Shown here: in pieces, positions 17,857 to 28,342 of the stretch | How the letters are laid out: each line of letters begins with the position of its first letter | Position numbering within the stretch: position 1 is the stretch's first letter | NCBI GenBank assembly: GCA_023129115.1 | Contig: JAGMCR010000003.1 | Location: 104,500-168,499 of the forward strand | Direction: 5' to 3' | Source of the DNA: Candidatus Iainarchaeum sp. | Lineage (GTDB): Archaea; B1Sed10-29; WALL01 | Length of the DNA: 64,000 nt | Notes under the pieces: generated by a model | The model's input: only the letters and a program-made list of their open reading frames with translations | The model's database searches: none | Told to the model about the DNA's origin: nothing | Program-made: the position numbers and the translations under genes

Positions 17857-20800
17857 AAAAAGTCGGCAAGGTTGTACTGCTTGCTTTTGTCGTTGATGAA
17901 AACAGAGTCAATGTTGCTCTCGACGAGCTTCAGCCTCTGCGCCATGTACTCCGGCAGCCCATATTTCTCGACAATCCCCTTGCTTATCTCGACGTACTTC
18001 CTCACCGAGCCCTCGGCAATCGTGAGAATGACTTTCCCGCCGCACTTCGTGCACTTCCCGACCAGCGGCACTCGCCTATACTTCGCGTTGCAGTCGACGC
18101 ACCTGAACTTCTGCTCGCCAAAAGCCCTGAGGTTCCCATAAATGTCCCTGAAGAAGTGTGAGTTGAGCAGCCTCTCGGCCTCGTCCTTCTCGTCCACCGC
18201 GCGGATTATTCTCCCGAGCTCGAGCTGGGCCTTCACCTTCTCCGGCATTGAGCCGAGCTTCGTGTACATGGACTGGATGACTCCATTGTCGAGGCGGCCC
18301 GTACCGTGCGTGTAGCCAAACCCAGAGTACTGGCCCTCTTCCCCAAGCCGCTCGCCCACCAGCTCTATCCTGTACGCCCCCGGCTTCCGCAGCTCGTGCG
18401 AAGTCCGGTAGAACTCCAGCGGGTACTCCCACGCCACGTCCATCTCGTGCACCTGGTCGTCGACCTGCGATGGGTCCAGCGCAAGGGTAAGCACCAGCGG
18501 CGCGTCCATCGACCCACCCCTCGTCGAGGGCAGGTACCACTTCGAAAAGTTAATCAGCGCGTCCACCAATAGCATGACCGCGTCCTCGTCGCCGTCGCAT
18601 TGTTTTGCAGTAACACCAGAAACCACTGCGTTATGTGTTTTTTCCACTGTGAAATTGTACAGGGACTGGGGCTTTTTTTCAGTCACTCTCTTCCTAACAG
18701 CAACAATTGCAGAGCCTTCTTTGAGCTTCACGCGCTTCGCCTTAAATGAATGCCCCCGCATTATACGCCTGGCTTTTTCTTTCTTTCCCGGCCACCAGAA
18801 GCCTATTTTCTCGCAGAAATCCTTTGTAGTCGCCCCGTGCATGCGCAACTTGTAGCACGTCCAATTGAATGTTTTTCCTTTCTTTTTATAGAACTCGGCA
18901 ACTTTCCCCACACTAATCTTTCTTTCGTCTTTCTGCCACGAGCACAGCAGCCCAAACCGAGTCAACAAGAATTCTATGTCGCGGAGAAGCAGTTTACTGG
19001 CGGAAGTGCAACTGACCTCAGGGCTTGAGCCCCCACGGCTTGGCTTGCTTATGCCGCCATCCCCCTCAAAGTATCCTTGCAGGAACCACGCCACTTTTTT
19101 CATGGGCAGCGAAAACACAACTGGTGGAACCCTCTTGTTTTTTGCGTGTGTGCCCGCTTCCAAACCGATAAATAAGTTGTATGCCAACCGCGAGCAAATT
19201 GTGACTCGTTGCTTGCCTTCTGAAGCGCCAACCCCAAACACTCGATTGATAGCACCCTTCACCAACGGTTTTTCTTTGGTTACAGCGAAATCAACTTGGT
19301 AGCAAGAGCCCTCTCTTTTCCTGGAATGCCCTTCTGCGACATAAAGCCCAAGAAGCCTCATAAAGTCTTTCCCAACCCTTATTTTCCTTGGCAGAACAGC
19401 TGTGTCCCACTTCTCCTTGAGGCGAACATTTTTTGGAATGCGAATGCCAAGCTTGTGTGCCAGCCAAACCGGAACAGAATCGCGCATAACATAGTTATAC
19501 AACGTGCTTTTGTTCATTCCAATCTCGTCAGCGGTTTTTCTCACACCCCCCTCTTCTAGACAATCCTTTAGCTTCTTCCCAATTCCCACAACCATGGTGT
19601 TTTCATCAGCATAGTCCAGCAAGTCCAAGCATTCAACATCCTTTTCAGCTATATTAAAGCGCGTTGGGATAAGTGCTTCCGTTGTCTGGAACGCCCGCGT
19701 TTTCGTACTTTTAGAGTCAATAAACGGGTGCATGCCGCTAGTGGTTATTTTGCGCCCAGTCTCCAGTTCAAGGGTAACGACATGGTCTTGCATCGGGTGC
19801 TTTGAAAACGCTGTAATTGGCATTAATTCATATTCACCGTTTCCATTAAGGGACAAGGTGCTATACCCCCTAGTCTCTACTACCTGGTCACCCATCTCAG
19901 TGGCGTGGAATTCTTTCTCCTTCAGCAAGCTTTCCACGAGTTCCCCAATCCGCACTATCCTCCACTCACGGCCGTTGAACACTGGAAGCGTTTCGCCAAA
20001 AGCAAAGCAGTCCCTCCTACACGCCGCGTGGAAATACGGGTGCGCGTAGCACCCCCGCGCCTTCGAGAACCCGATTATCCTCCCCAGCACTCCCGCGCTG
20101 GTGTGCGGCGCCAGCCCGACCACAAGCTGCCCAACCAAGTCCTTTGGCGTCCGGCAGTTGTAGTACGCCTCCTGCCCGTACAGGCCCTGCAGCAGCTCGT
20201 CAACGAACCGCGACACCCTGAACAGGTACTCGCCACCGCGCTCCGCGGGCACCACGTCCTGCGGGAACAGCTCGATGACCTGGTCGTCCCTGAGCAGCTC
20301 CCCGCCTTTCGCGTCTCTGCTGTAGCCCATTTCCTTAAGCTTCTCGACCGAGGTCCCTATCTCCTTCGGCGTGAAGTGCGTGAGCGGCAGGTTTGTCGAG
20401 TCAAACCTGATTGTCCCGTCCTTGAAGAGGTAGACCTCATGCCTCGACCTCAAAATGCCCTTCTCGAGCGGCTCTGCAATGCGGTGCGCGCTCATCAATC
20501 CCTTGACGCCCTTGAGCTTGGGGTCTGGCTTGCCGACTTTCTTGATGGCCTGTTCCATGGCCTCCTTGAGGTTCACGACCCTGCTGTCGTGCGCGACGCC
20601 TTCTGTGCCACACGCATGGCACTTCCTGCCCTTCCTCCCGCAGCGGGGGCAGACGTAGTCGAGCTCACCCCTCCCACCGCACTCGCACATCCTGCTCATC
20701 GAGAGCCGCCCGCACTTAGTGCATCGGTAGCGCGTTATGGTGACAGTGATGCTCCCCTGCGCGCTCGCCTTCAGCACCGAGCGGGTTGCCCCGCCGTAGT

Positions 20801-22529
20801 TGCCGACCGGGAAAAGCACGTGGGGCGCCGGGGTCATCAGCCTCTCCCTCGCCTTTTCTGGCCTGCCCATCCTCGCGCCGACATAAATCGGCGCCTTCGG
20901 CATTATCTTGACGGGCGACAGCGCGTTGACGAACTCCATTGTGTCCTCGGTCTCAACCCCACTGCCGCCGAGCGTGGTCGCCAGCACTTTTTTGACCTCT
21001 GGCTCGATGTAGACGTAGTCGCCCTTCAGCCTGTGCGGCACCAGCAGCTTTTCAAGCGTCCGCTTCTCCGGGCCGTTCTCCATCCCGGTGTCCAGCCACT
21101 TGATGAGCTTCTTCATTTCTTCGACAGTGGCGTCGTGATAGTTATATGTGTACTTCGGGTGCAGGGGCACTCCGTGCCTCTCGCTGATTTCCAGCGCCTC
21201 CTCGAAGCTCTCTGCCTTTGCCTCAACCCCTTTTTCCTTGAGCTCCAGCCCCCACCACTCCTCGACCCAGGGCGAGGCAATAATCGGGTGGTTGCTGTGC
21301 AGAAAGTCACCAAAAGAGACGAGCAAATCCCCGGTGAACAGTATCTCCGCAATATCGCTATCCAGGTCCGTGGCCTGCTCGGCGCTCTCCACCTCCAGGA
21401 CCTCGCCGCTCTTGAGCCGAACGACCGGGCCGCCAATGGTGTCCACGGGCACGACCGTCATTCCCTTGCCCGGCCTCTCGACCTTGAGCTGCGTGCCAAT
21501 CGCCGGGAAGCCCCCGAGCACGGTCATGGTCGCGGGGTGCAGTCCCTTGCTCATCAGCCCGGTGTTCCTCGCCTTGCCGTACCTCAGCCTGAACCCCCCA
21601 ACCCGTGAGGGGTACGCAAATATCGGCCTCCCCGCAACAACGTCCTTTATGTAGGTGTCTATCGGCTTCAGCTCCCTGACGCCCTCGGTGTCGCCGCCCT
21701 TGATTATTGACTTCAGCCACCCCCAGTCCAGCCCGAACTTCTCGGCGTACGCGACAACTTTCCTCGCCTTCTGGGCGATGCCCTCGCTTATTACGAGGCA
21801 CATGCCGCCGCGCACCCGGTTCGTGGGTATCCGCTTCAGGTCCTTGTAGACGTCGACCTCGACTTCCGCGGTAGGGTCACCGTTTACGCACACCGGGCAG
21901 TTCCGCACAATCAGCCGCACTTCATCGTCCGTGGCCCGGTACTGCAGCCTGCTCACGGCGTTGTGGTAGAGCGCCACTTCCTCGACATACCTCTCGACCT
22001 CGCTGTCCGTCGGCCTGTAGCCGCTCAGCCCAAGCAGGTTGCTCGTGTAGTGCGCAATCAATACCGCGAGCGCCTGCGCGGTCCCGCCCGCGCTCCGTAT
22101 TGGCCCCGCAAAAGAAACACTAAGATAATCACTGCCGTCCGGGTTCTCCTCGATGCTCGCCGCAGCGACGCCGTCGATTGGCGCTGCCACCACGCCCTCT
22201 GTCAGCAGCGCGAGCGCCGTGCGTATGCACTGCTCCGCCCGCTCGTTCCGGTCCTTGCAGCCGAACTTCCCTCCAATTATCCAGTCGCATACCTTTAGTG
22301 CGGTCTCTTCGCGGTCGTGGCCCTTCATGTATTCCCGCATCGCCTCGGCGATGCCTTCCGGCCCGACCAGCCCCTCCACCCGGTCGCAGATGTCGGCGGC
22401 CAGCGCGATTTCGACTTTGGTTTCGGGGTCGTACCCCTTCTCCCGCGCAGCGGCGGCAACCCCGTACGCCCGCGTGGTCTCCTCCTCCAGCAGGGAGTAG
22501 TACGCCTTGATGCCTTCGCAGGCAATCAT
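17853..22529 (-). CDS. polC: DNA polymerase D large subunit DP2, intein-containing
   Basis: FAGPIRSAGGTAQAL, GFRLRYG, RMGRPEKA, CDGDED, C-terminal Zn finger. Confidence 0.96.
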   Translation of the reverse strand: MIACEGIKAYYSLLEEETTRAYGVAAAAREKGYDPETKVEIALAADICDRVEGLVGPEGIAEAMREYMKGHDREETALKVCDWIIGGKFGCKDRNERAEQCIRTALALLTEGVVAAPIDGVAAASIEENPDGSDYLSVSFAGPIRSAGGTAQALAVLIAHYTSNLLGLSGYRPTDSEVERYVEEVALYHNAVSRLQYRATDDEVRLIVRNCPVCVNGDPTAEVEVDVYKDLKRIPTNRVRGGMCLVISEGIAQKARKVVAYAEKFGLDWGWLKSIIKGGDTEGVRELKPIDTYIKDVVAGRPIFAYPSRVGGFRLRYGKARNTGLMSKGLHPATMTVLGGFPAIGTQLKVERPGKGMTVVPVDTIGGPVVRLKSGEVLEVESAEQATDLDSDIAEILFTGDLLVSFGDFLHSNHPIIASPWVEEWWGLELKEKGVEAKAESFEEALEISERHGVPLHPKYTYNYHDATVEEMKKLIKWLDTGMENGPEKRTLEKLLVPHRLKGDYVYIEPEVKKVLATTLGGSGVETEDTMEFVNALSPVKIMPKAPIYVGARMGRPEKARERLMTPAPHVLFPVGNYGGATRSVLKASAQGSITVTITRYRCTKCGRLSMSRMCECGGRGELDYVCPRCGRKGRKCHACGTEGVAHDSRVVNLKEAMEQAIKKVGKPDPKLKGVKGLMSAHRIAEPLEKGILRSRHEVYLFKDGTIRFDSTNLPLTHFTPKEIGTSVEKLKEMGYSRDAKGGELLRDDQVIELFPQDVVPAERGGEYLFRVSRFVDELLQGLYGQEAYYNCRTPKDLVGQLVVGLAPHTSAGVLGRIIGFSKARGCYAHPYFHAACRRDCFAFGETLPVFNGREWRIVRIGELVESLLKEKEFHATEMGDQVVETRGYSTLSLNGNGEYELMPITAFSKHPMQDHVVTLELETGRKITTSGMHPFIDSKSTKTRAFQTTEALIPTRFNIAEKDVECLDLLDYADENTMVVGIGKKLKDCLEEGGVRKTADEIGMNKSTLYNYVMRDSVPVWLAHKLGIRIPKNVRLKEKWDTAVLPRKIRVGKDFMRLLGLYVAEGHSRKREGSCYQVDFAVTKEKPLVKGAINRVFGVGASEGKQRVTICSRLAYNLFIGLEAGTHAKNKRVPPVVFSLPMKKVAWFLQGYFEGDGGISKPSRGGSSPEVSCTSASKLLLRDIEFLLTRFGLLCSWQKDERKISVGKVAEFYKKKGKTFNWTCYKLRMHGATTKDFCEKIGFWWPGKKEKARRIMRGHSFKAKRVKLKEGSAIVAVRKRVTEKKPQSLYNFTVEKTHNAVVSGVTAKQCDGDEDAVMLLVDALINFSKWYLPSTRGGSMDAPLVLTLALDPSQVDDQVHEMDVAWEYPLEFYRTSHELRKPGAYRIELVGERLGEEGQYSGFGYTHGTGRLDNGVIQSMYTKLGSMPEKVKAQLELGRIIRAVDEKDEAERLLNSHFFRDIYGNLRAFGEQKFRCVDCNAKYRRVPLVGKCTKCGGKVILTIAEGSVRKYVEISKGIVEKYGLPEYMAQRLKLVESNIDSVFINDKSKQYNLADFF
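18600..20009 (-). mobile_element. LAGLIDADG intein (470 aa) in DP2 active-site motif, C-terminal Gln
   Basis: RRD|CFAFGET ... TTSGMHPF ... LGLYVAEG, FLQGYFEGDG ... VTAKQ|CDGDED; AT-richer. Confidence 0.92.
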
Positions 22530-23983
22530 TTTATCTCCTCCCCGAACTTGAGTATGGTTATCTTCCCGGACCTCAGGCTCACGAGCGGTAGCACGCCCGG
22601 CGTCGGGTGGTGGCCCAGCTTAATCTGGTACGGCGTCACGCTCTGCCAGCACCCGCTGTTTATCCCGATGGCCCCACGGTAAGTGACGTAGCCGTTCCTG
22701 TGCACGTCGCCGACGTGCAGCAGGTCTGGCACCTTCCGCATCACGAGGTAGTCCCTCTTTTCCGGCACTATCGGCGGCTTTTCGCCGTACACCGGGTGCA
22801 AGTGCCTCCTCTTCAGCCACTCGGTTATAACCGTTTCAGGGTGCTCATAATTCACGTTGTTCGTGTGCGGCACAATGCCGTGTATCGAGGCGCCGTGGTA
22901 GAGCATCACCTCGAACCCGTGCAGCGAGACGTATCCCGGCGAGCCCATGCACCTGAAGTTGTCGAGCGACCCGAGCGGGCCAAGGACTTCCTTGGGCAGC
23001 GCGGGCTGGGGCTCGGCAATCCTCACTGCGTCGTGGTTGCCCGGGATTGCAATCATTTCTATGTAGTCCGGCACCTGCTGCAGGTAGAAATGCAGCTGCT
23101 CGTACTGCTTGAAAATATCGTCCGTTGCCAGCTCTTCTTCCTGGCCGGGGTATACCCCAACCCCGTCCACCAGGTCCCCCGCAATCGTGATGTACTTGAC
23201 TTTCCCGGCCAGCTCACGTTCCTTGCCCTCGCCGTTGAGCCACTCAATGAACTTATGGAACCGCTTTTCGAGGAACAGCTTGGAGCCGACGTGCATGTCG
23301 GAAATCAGGGCGACGTAGATGTCTTCCTCTGCGCGGTTGGGCTCGCGCATGGCGACGTCGGGCCGGTATATCTGCTTCGCGATGAACAGCTCTTTCGACA
23401 TCCTTCCCTCGACCGCAATCACTTCGTCGGGGATGATGTTCTGCGAAACGTCAATCATTGTCTTGTCGCTCTTCGGGAACAGCACCTTGAGCGACCCCGT
23501 GAGGTCTTCCATCTCCATGAGCCGGTGGCTGTTTTTGGTGGTGTGAATGGAGTTGACCATGCCGATGACGCGGGTGTTGTCCTGCAGCCGCTTCTTTTTC
23601 ACGGTGTCGATGTCCCGCGCCATGTTGCCGCGCACGCGGAGCATCTTGGAGAGGGCCTCGTACCTGTCCCGGAACAATGCGATGAAGTCCCCTACTTTTC
23701 CTTCGCTCGTGCTCTTCCCGGTCACGTCCTGCTCCTCGAACACCTTGACCCTGGCCTCCATCTCTTTCGCCGCGGGCCTGAACGGCTTCCGCAGGTTCAG
23801 CTCGAGCTTGGGCGCCTCCTTCTTCTCCTCGAGGTCTTCTTTCCTCACCCACGGGCCCTTGACCCGCTCCATCACTTCAACGGCAAACGCCATGGGCTCT
23901 TCCTTGCCCATGATTATCTCTAGCGCTTCCGGAGTGACGAAAAGTCCCTTTTCCCTAAAAGCAGTGAGCAATTCTTCTTTCAT
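22526..23983 (-). CDS. polB: DNA polymerase D small subunit DP1
   Basis: ISDMHVGS, AGDLVDG, PGNHD, YHG, NSGCWQ. Confidence 0.95.
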   Translation of the reverse strand: MKEELLTAFREKGLFVTPEALEIIMGKEEPMAFAVEVMERVKGPWVRKEDLEEKKEAPKLELNLRKPFRPAAKEMEARVKVFEEQDVTGKSTSEGKVGDFIALFRDRYEALSKMLRVRGNMARDIDTVKKKRLQDNTRVIGMVNSIHTTKNSHRLMEMEDLTGSLKVLFPKSDKTMIDVSQNIIPDEVIAVEGRMSKELFIAKQIYRPDVAMREPNRAEEDIYVALISDMHVGSKLFLEKRFHKFIEWLNGEGKERELAGKVKYITIAGDLVDGVGVYPGQEEELATDDIFKQYEQLHFYLQQVPDYIEMIAIPGNHDAVRIAEPQPALPKEVLGPLGSLDNFRCMGSPGYVSLHGFEVMLYHGASIHGIVPHTNNVNYEHPETVITEWLKRRHLHPVYGEKPPIVPEKRDYLVMRKVPDLLHVGDVHRNGYVTYRGAIGINSGCWQSVTPYQIKLGHHPTPGVLPLVSLRSGKITILKFGEEIK

Positions 23984-24065
23984 GCAAGCACCCCTGCGCT
24001 GTCAGCGACCGGGCTTGCATTATCTTACGCAGCCGAACTTTAACTACTTTTCCTTTTGCAAAAAA

Positions 24066-25073
24066 TCAGTAAGCGGCCTTGAGCAGCTTCTCTTTCTTGG
24101 CGAGCCTTTTCCTGCACGGCTCAAGAATATCCGCAATCGCTTTCCCCATCGCATTCTTCAAGTCCATCGGGTGCAATCCATCCACGAACGCCTTCTCCAG
24201 TTCCCCATAACTCTTGAACGCAACATTCCCGCCGAACTTCTCGGGCCGCTCGACAACCAATTCGCCCCTCACCGGGAAGACAATGTGCTCCGCCAGCGCC
24301 AGGACCCCGTTGCCCTCGACTTTGCCGGCCTCGCACCACGCGCCGCCCGTCTTCTTGATTATTGATTCTTCGCTCTCGTGCAGCCCGATCTTGCCCTTGT
24401 CCTCGGACGCGCCCATCTTTCCGCCCATTTTCCCGCCGTGCAGCGCAGGCAGCAGGGGCGTAAAAACACAGACTGGCTTATTGTCCGGCATCAGCTCGCG
24501 GCCGAGCATGTAAATCCCGCGCTGGTCCACCCCAGCAAAGCAGACGTCTACCCCAAGCGCCTTGAAGTCCTCGTTCTGCATCAATGGATAAATAAACCCA
24601 CTAAGCTTCGGCTCGTCGCCGAACCGCACGACTTCCGATGCCGCCCTCTTCGTCCTCGCGAGAGTGACGTCTCCGGCCATCTTGAGGATGTTCCTGAAGT
24701 AGTCTCCGTTCAGCTCGAGCTTCGAGCCGCGCACGAACTCAATGTCCTTCGGGTCAGCGCCGAGTGCTTCCATCGCGCCCTTGACAGATTCCTCGTAGTA
24801 CTCGCTCCGGGAGTCAAGCTTTTCCCAGGTCGTCTTCTTGTCGTCCAAATAAGCGTGCAGGTCAGCGACCAAGAACTTGACCTTGAACCCCGCGTTCAAA
24901 AAATCAGCTGTCTTCAGCAACGGCACCAAATGCCCGACGTGCAGCATGCCCGTGGGCGCGTAGCCGATGTAGGCCGACGGCTTCTTGGCCGCGCACGCCT
25001 CCTTCAGCTCTTCTTCCGTGATTATCTCTTCAGTGTTCCTCGAGACGAGCGCATACCTCTCTTCGGGGGTCAT
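24066..25073 (-). CDS. tyrS: Tyrosyl-tRNA synthetase
   Basis: YIGYAPTG.LHVGH, ADLHAYL, YPLMQ, GVDQR, LHPMDLK. Confidence 0.93.
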   Translation of the reverse strand: MTPEERYALVSRNTEEIITEEELKEACAAKKPSAYIGYAPTGMLHVGHLVPLLKTADFLNAGFKVKFLVADLHAYLDDKKTTWEKLDSRSEYYEESVKGAMEALGADPKDIEFVRGSKLELNGDYFRNILKMAGDVTLARTKRAASEVVRFGDEPKLSGFIYPLMQNEDFKALGVDVCFAGVDQRGIYMLGRELMPDNKPVCVFTPLLPALHGGKMGGKMGASEDKGKIGLHESEESIIKKTGGAWCEAGKVEGNGVLALAEHIVFPVRGELVVERPEKFGGNVAFKSYGELEKAFVDGLHPMDLKNAMGKAIADILEPCRKRLAKKEKLLKAAY

Positions 25074-25333
25074 TTCATTTCTTCCTTCAGCCGCTCGAGC
25101 TCGGAAATAATCTCCATTATTTCGGGCCTCGTGTGCATCGGCATGTTGATGTCATTGAGGCACTCGTCCAATAAATAGGTGGCGCTGGTCAGGTTGACTT
25201 CGTTGCCCTCCTTGGAGACCACTTCCTTGGCGTCTGAAACGCTTTTCCTGATGTTCCTCGGGACACCGTTGTCGTTGATGACGTTGTCCATGAGGTAAAT
25301 CACGCCGTCCATATCCTGTTTGCTGATAACCAT
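25070..25333 (-). CDS. UPF0147 family protein
   Basis: DNGVPRNIRK...LDECLNDINMPMHTR. Confidence 0.9.
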   Translation of the reverse strand: MVISKQDMDGVIYLMDNVINDNGVPRNIRKSVSDAKEVVSKEGNEVNLTSATYLLDECLNDINMPMHTRPEIMEIISELERLKEEMK

Positions 25334-25381
25334 CTTTAATCCCTCCAGAAACAGCGGGATAGATTATTTGTGGGTTTGTTT

Positions 25382-26353
25382 TTAAGTGTTATGCCCGAAC
25401 CAAGCCACGATGCGCCCCTTCAATTCCTTGATGGACTCCTTGTCCTGCACGCTCACACTCAACCCGCGTGGCCGGGGCGCCGGCTTGCCGCCAACGCCGG
25501 TAGCCGGCTGCAAGTCCGCCTTGCTATAGACGACAAGCACGTCCGCCCCCAACTCTTTCTCGAGCTTTTTCTTCAGTGCCTCCTGCTCTGCCACAGAATA
25601 CCCGCACGTCTCACTCGGGTCGACAACAAAAATAATTTTTTCGCTCAAGTGCTTCAGCGCAGCCACGGCCTGCTTCTCAATCTCGTTCCGCGCCGGCCTG
25701 TCCAATACCCCTGGCGTGTCCACCAGCTGGAACCGCCTGTACCCCTCCCTCATGTACCCGACCAGAATGCTTTTCGTGGTGAACGGGTACGGCTGCACGT
25801 CCACCTTGGAGTCGCTCAGCTCGTTCAAAAGCGAGCTCTTCCCGACGTTGGGGTATCCAGCAATCAGCACGGTCTTCATCTTCCGTATCGACGGCAGTTT
25901 TTTCAGCGCGCGCTCCGCCCTCTTGATTATCTTGACGTCGCCCTCGACGCCGTCCAGTATGTCTTCCGCGCGCTTCTCGAACTGCTTCCGCAGCCGCGTA
26001 ATCTCCTTCAAGTCACTCTTGCCCCGCATCTTCCTGCGGTAGTCCTTGCCGAGCTGGAGTATTTTCTTGCCTGCCCAGCCGAGGCTGTGCAGGGCCCGCC
26101 TCAATTCATCAAGGTTCACCAGCGACCCGGCCAATTCCCTCTGGAACGGGGGCAGCTCGTTGAAATTGACGGTCTTCTTCACGACTGCATCAGTCTTGCC
26201 AAAGACGGACTCGCTCAGGTACTCGACCCTCGCGAGCTCGCGCACCTTGATGGCGACCTTCTTTTCCCTTGCGCGGATTTGCCGGGCGCGCTTGTGCGCC
26301 TCTGTCATCGAGGCGTGGAATATCCTGCCCGGCACTGGGTGTATCAGTGCCAT
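25382..26353 (-). CDS. Nog1-family GTPase
   Basis: GYPNVGKSS, YPFTTK, DTPGVLDRP, DPSETCGY, SKAD. Confidence 0.92.
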   Translation of the reverse strand: MALIHPVPGRIFHASMTEAHKRARQIRAREKKVAIKVRELARVEYLSESVFGKTDAVVKKTVNFNELPPFQRELAGSLVNLDELRRALHSLGWAGKKILQLGKDYRRKMRGKSDLKEITRLRKQFEKRAEDILDGVEGDVKIIKRAERALKKLPSIRKMKTVLIAGYPNVGKSSLLNELSDSKVDVQPYPFTTKSILVGYMREGYRRFQLVDTPGVLDRPARNEIEKQAVAALKHLSEKIIFVVDPSETCGYSVAEQEALKKKLEKELGADVLVVYSKADLQPATGVGGKPAPRPRGLSVSVQDKESIKELKGRIVAWFGHNT

Positions 26354-26406
26354 GCGTGCCTTGTGCCGACAAATCTATATATATCTACTACTGTATAATT
26401 CAAGCG

Positions 26407-27000
26407 ATGAGGCGCCTGCTTCTGTTGCTGCTGGTCAGCTCGATTGCGATGGCCCAGTGTGCCGAGCTGGCGGCAGACGTCGAGTCCGGCATGGAGCAAT
26501 ACCTGGGCATAGACTCTGTCGACTGCCGCACCCAGCAGACAGAAAACATTTATGACGGCCTCGCCCAGCTGGCCGAGGGATATTCCCAGGTGGCGCAGTG
26601 CTACAAGGAGCAGGAGGACGCGTCCCGTGCCTCTGCCTTCTACTTCCTGGCGGCGAAGAAGTACCGCGTCGCGGCGGACGCGCTCTGCGAGAGGGACTAC
26701 TCATTGAAGATGCAGCTATACCTCTCTTCGGGGGACATGTACTTCGCGACCGGTGATATTGACTCAGCCAGCGAGCTCTACGGCGAGGCGGAGGAAATCT
26801 ACAGCCTCCACTCGCCTGTAATTGACGACTCAATCAACGCCCAGCTGCAGAGGCGCCTGTACGAGATGGAGTATTCGGCGCCGCCGGCAATGTTTGACCC
26901 AAGGGTCACGGGGGAAGTGGACTGGGCCCCGATTGCTGCGGTAGTGGTCCTCATCGTCGGCCTCGCCCTCGTCGTCATAACCATCGTGCGCAAGAGGTGA
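26407..27000 (+). CDS. Secreted/membrane-anchored TPR-like helical protein
   Basis: Signal peptide MRRLLLLLL, helical repeats, C-terminal TM + RKR; TATATATA box upstream. Confidence 0.75.
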   Translation: MRRLLLLLLVSSIAMAQCAELAADVESGMEQYLGIDSVDCRTQQTENIYDGLAQLAEGYSQVAQCYKEQEDASRASAFYFLAAKKYRVAADALCERDYSLKMQLYLSSGDMYFATGDIDSASELYGEAEEIYSLHSPVIDDSINAQLQRRLYEMEYSAPPAMFDPRVTGEVDWAPIAAVVVLIVGLALVVITIVRKR

Positions 27001-27041
27001 CCCCCTCACCTATATTAACCTCTTTTCCGTTTTCTTGCCTG

Positions 27042-27875
27042 ATGTGGTTCGCGCTCGCGCTCTTTTCCATGCTGGCGTACGGCGTGCTGGACTTCCTGTT
27101 CAAGGTAGCCGAGGCAAGCGAACTCGACTTCTCGAACCTCTTCCTCTACTACTACTGGACCGCATCGCTCGCGGCCTTCGCCTTGTTCGCCCTGTTCCCC
27201 GAAAAAATCCTTGACTTCAGCTTCCTCGCGTTTTTCGCCGTCGCCCAGGTAAGCCTCTACCTGCTCGCGAATGTCCTGAAGCTCGAGTCCCTCAAGCACG
27301 TCAAGTCCATCCTGGCGTACCCATTGTTCGCGCTCCACGGCGTCATCGCCGCCGTGCTCGCGTTCTTTTTCCTGGGCGAGTCGCTGCAGCCCCTCCAGTA
27401 CTTTGGCATCGCCTTGAGCGTCGCCGCCATCCTCCTCCTGGTCGAGAAGCGCCACCACTTCACTTTGTCGAGGGGCGCGCTTTTCGCGCTCGGCGCGGCG
27501 GTCTTCTTCGCAGCTTCCGAGCTCATCGTCGCCGCCGTGATTGACAACCTTGTAATCCTGCCGTTCATCGCCCTGTCGTACTTCTTCGCGATTGGCCCCA
27601 CGTTCGTCCTCGAGAAGAACCTGCACAAGCGCGGCGGCAAGAAAAAGGGCTCGCTGAAAATCGGCGCGGCGATGGGGTTGACTAACTTGGCCGCGTTTTC
27701 GTCGATGCTGCTGGCGCTCCAGTCTGGCCCCGCGTCGGTCATCTTCCCGGTAATCGCCCTCTCGCTGCTCGTGTCCGTCGTCCTGTCGATGGCGGCCTAC
27801 CACGAGAAAATCAATTTCATGAAAAAGCTCGCCATCGCCCTCGCGCTAATAGCCATAATCGTGATGCATATATGA
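27042..27875 (+). CDS. DMT/EamA family transporter
   Basis: About 10 TM helices, FFLGESL and YHEKI motifs. Confidence 0.88.
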   Translation: MWFALALFSMLAYGVLDFLFKVAEASELDFSNLFLYYYWTASLAAFALFALFPEKILDFSFLAFFAVAQVSLYLLANVLKLESLKHVKSILAYPLFALHGVIAAVLAFFFLGESLQPLQYFGIALSVAAILLLVEKRHHFTLSRGALFALGAAVFFAASELIVAAVIDNLVILPFIALSYFFAIGPTFVLEKNLHKRGGKKKGSLKIGAAMGLTNLAAFSSMLLALQSGPASVIFPVIALSLLVSVVLSMAAYHEKINFMKKLAIALALIAIIVMHI

Positions 27876-28342
27876 AATTCATTGCAGACACAGCAAAAAT
27901 AATCGGGGACGTCGGGCTCGGCGACGGCGTCGCAGTCCTCTACGGCGCAGTGCTCCGCGCCGACACCGGCCCCATCCGCATCGGGAACAACAGCAACGTC
28001 CAGGACAACTGCGTCGTCCACACCTCACCAAACGAGGGCTGCACCATCGGCGAGTTCGTCACTGTCGGCCACTGCGCGATGGTCCACTCTTCGGTTGTCG
28101 GGGACCGCGTCGTCATCGGCATAAACGCGACCGTGCTGCACAGCTGTGAAATCGGCGACGACTGCATAATCGCTGCCGGCGCCGTCCTCCGCCCGGGCAC
28201 CAAAGTGCCCGCGGGCACTTTGTGGGGCGGGGTGCCGGCGAAGCAGCTGCGCGAGCTCACTGAGGAAGACAAGAAAAACATTCTCCTTTACGCAAAGGAA
28301 TACGAGGAGCTGGTGAAAAATGAAGGGAAAGAACGTTATTAA
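27872..28342 (+). CDS. Gamma carbonic anhydrase family protein
   Basis: IIGDV, LRAD, SNVQDNCVVH, VGHCAMVH hexapeptide repeats. Confidence 0.92.
   Translation: MKFIADTAKIIGDVGLGDGVAVLYGAVLRADTGPIRIGNNSNVQDNCVVHTSPNEGCTIGEFVTVGHCAMVHSSVVGDRVVIGINATVLHSCEIGDDCIIAAGAVLRPGTKVPAGTLWGGVPAKQLRELTEEDKKNILLYAKEYEELVKNEGKERY

Noticed and set aside
19905-23923. Long antisense ORFs (567 aa, 438 aa and similar ones elsewhere)
   Set aside because: Shadow ORFs of high-GC3 genes (DP2, DP1) with no recognisable motifs
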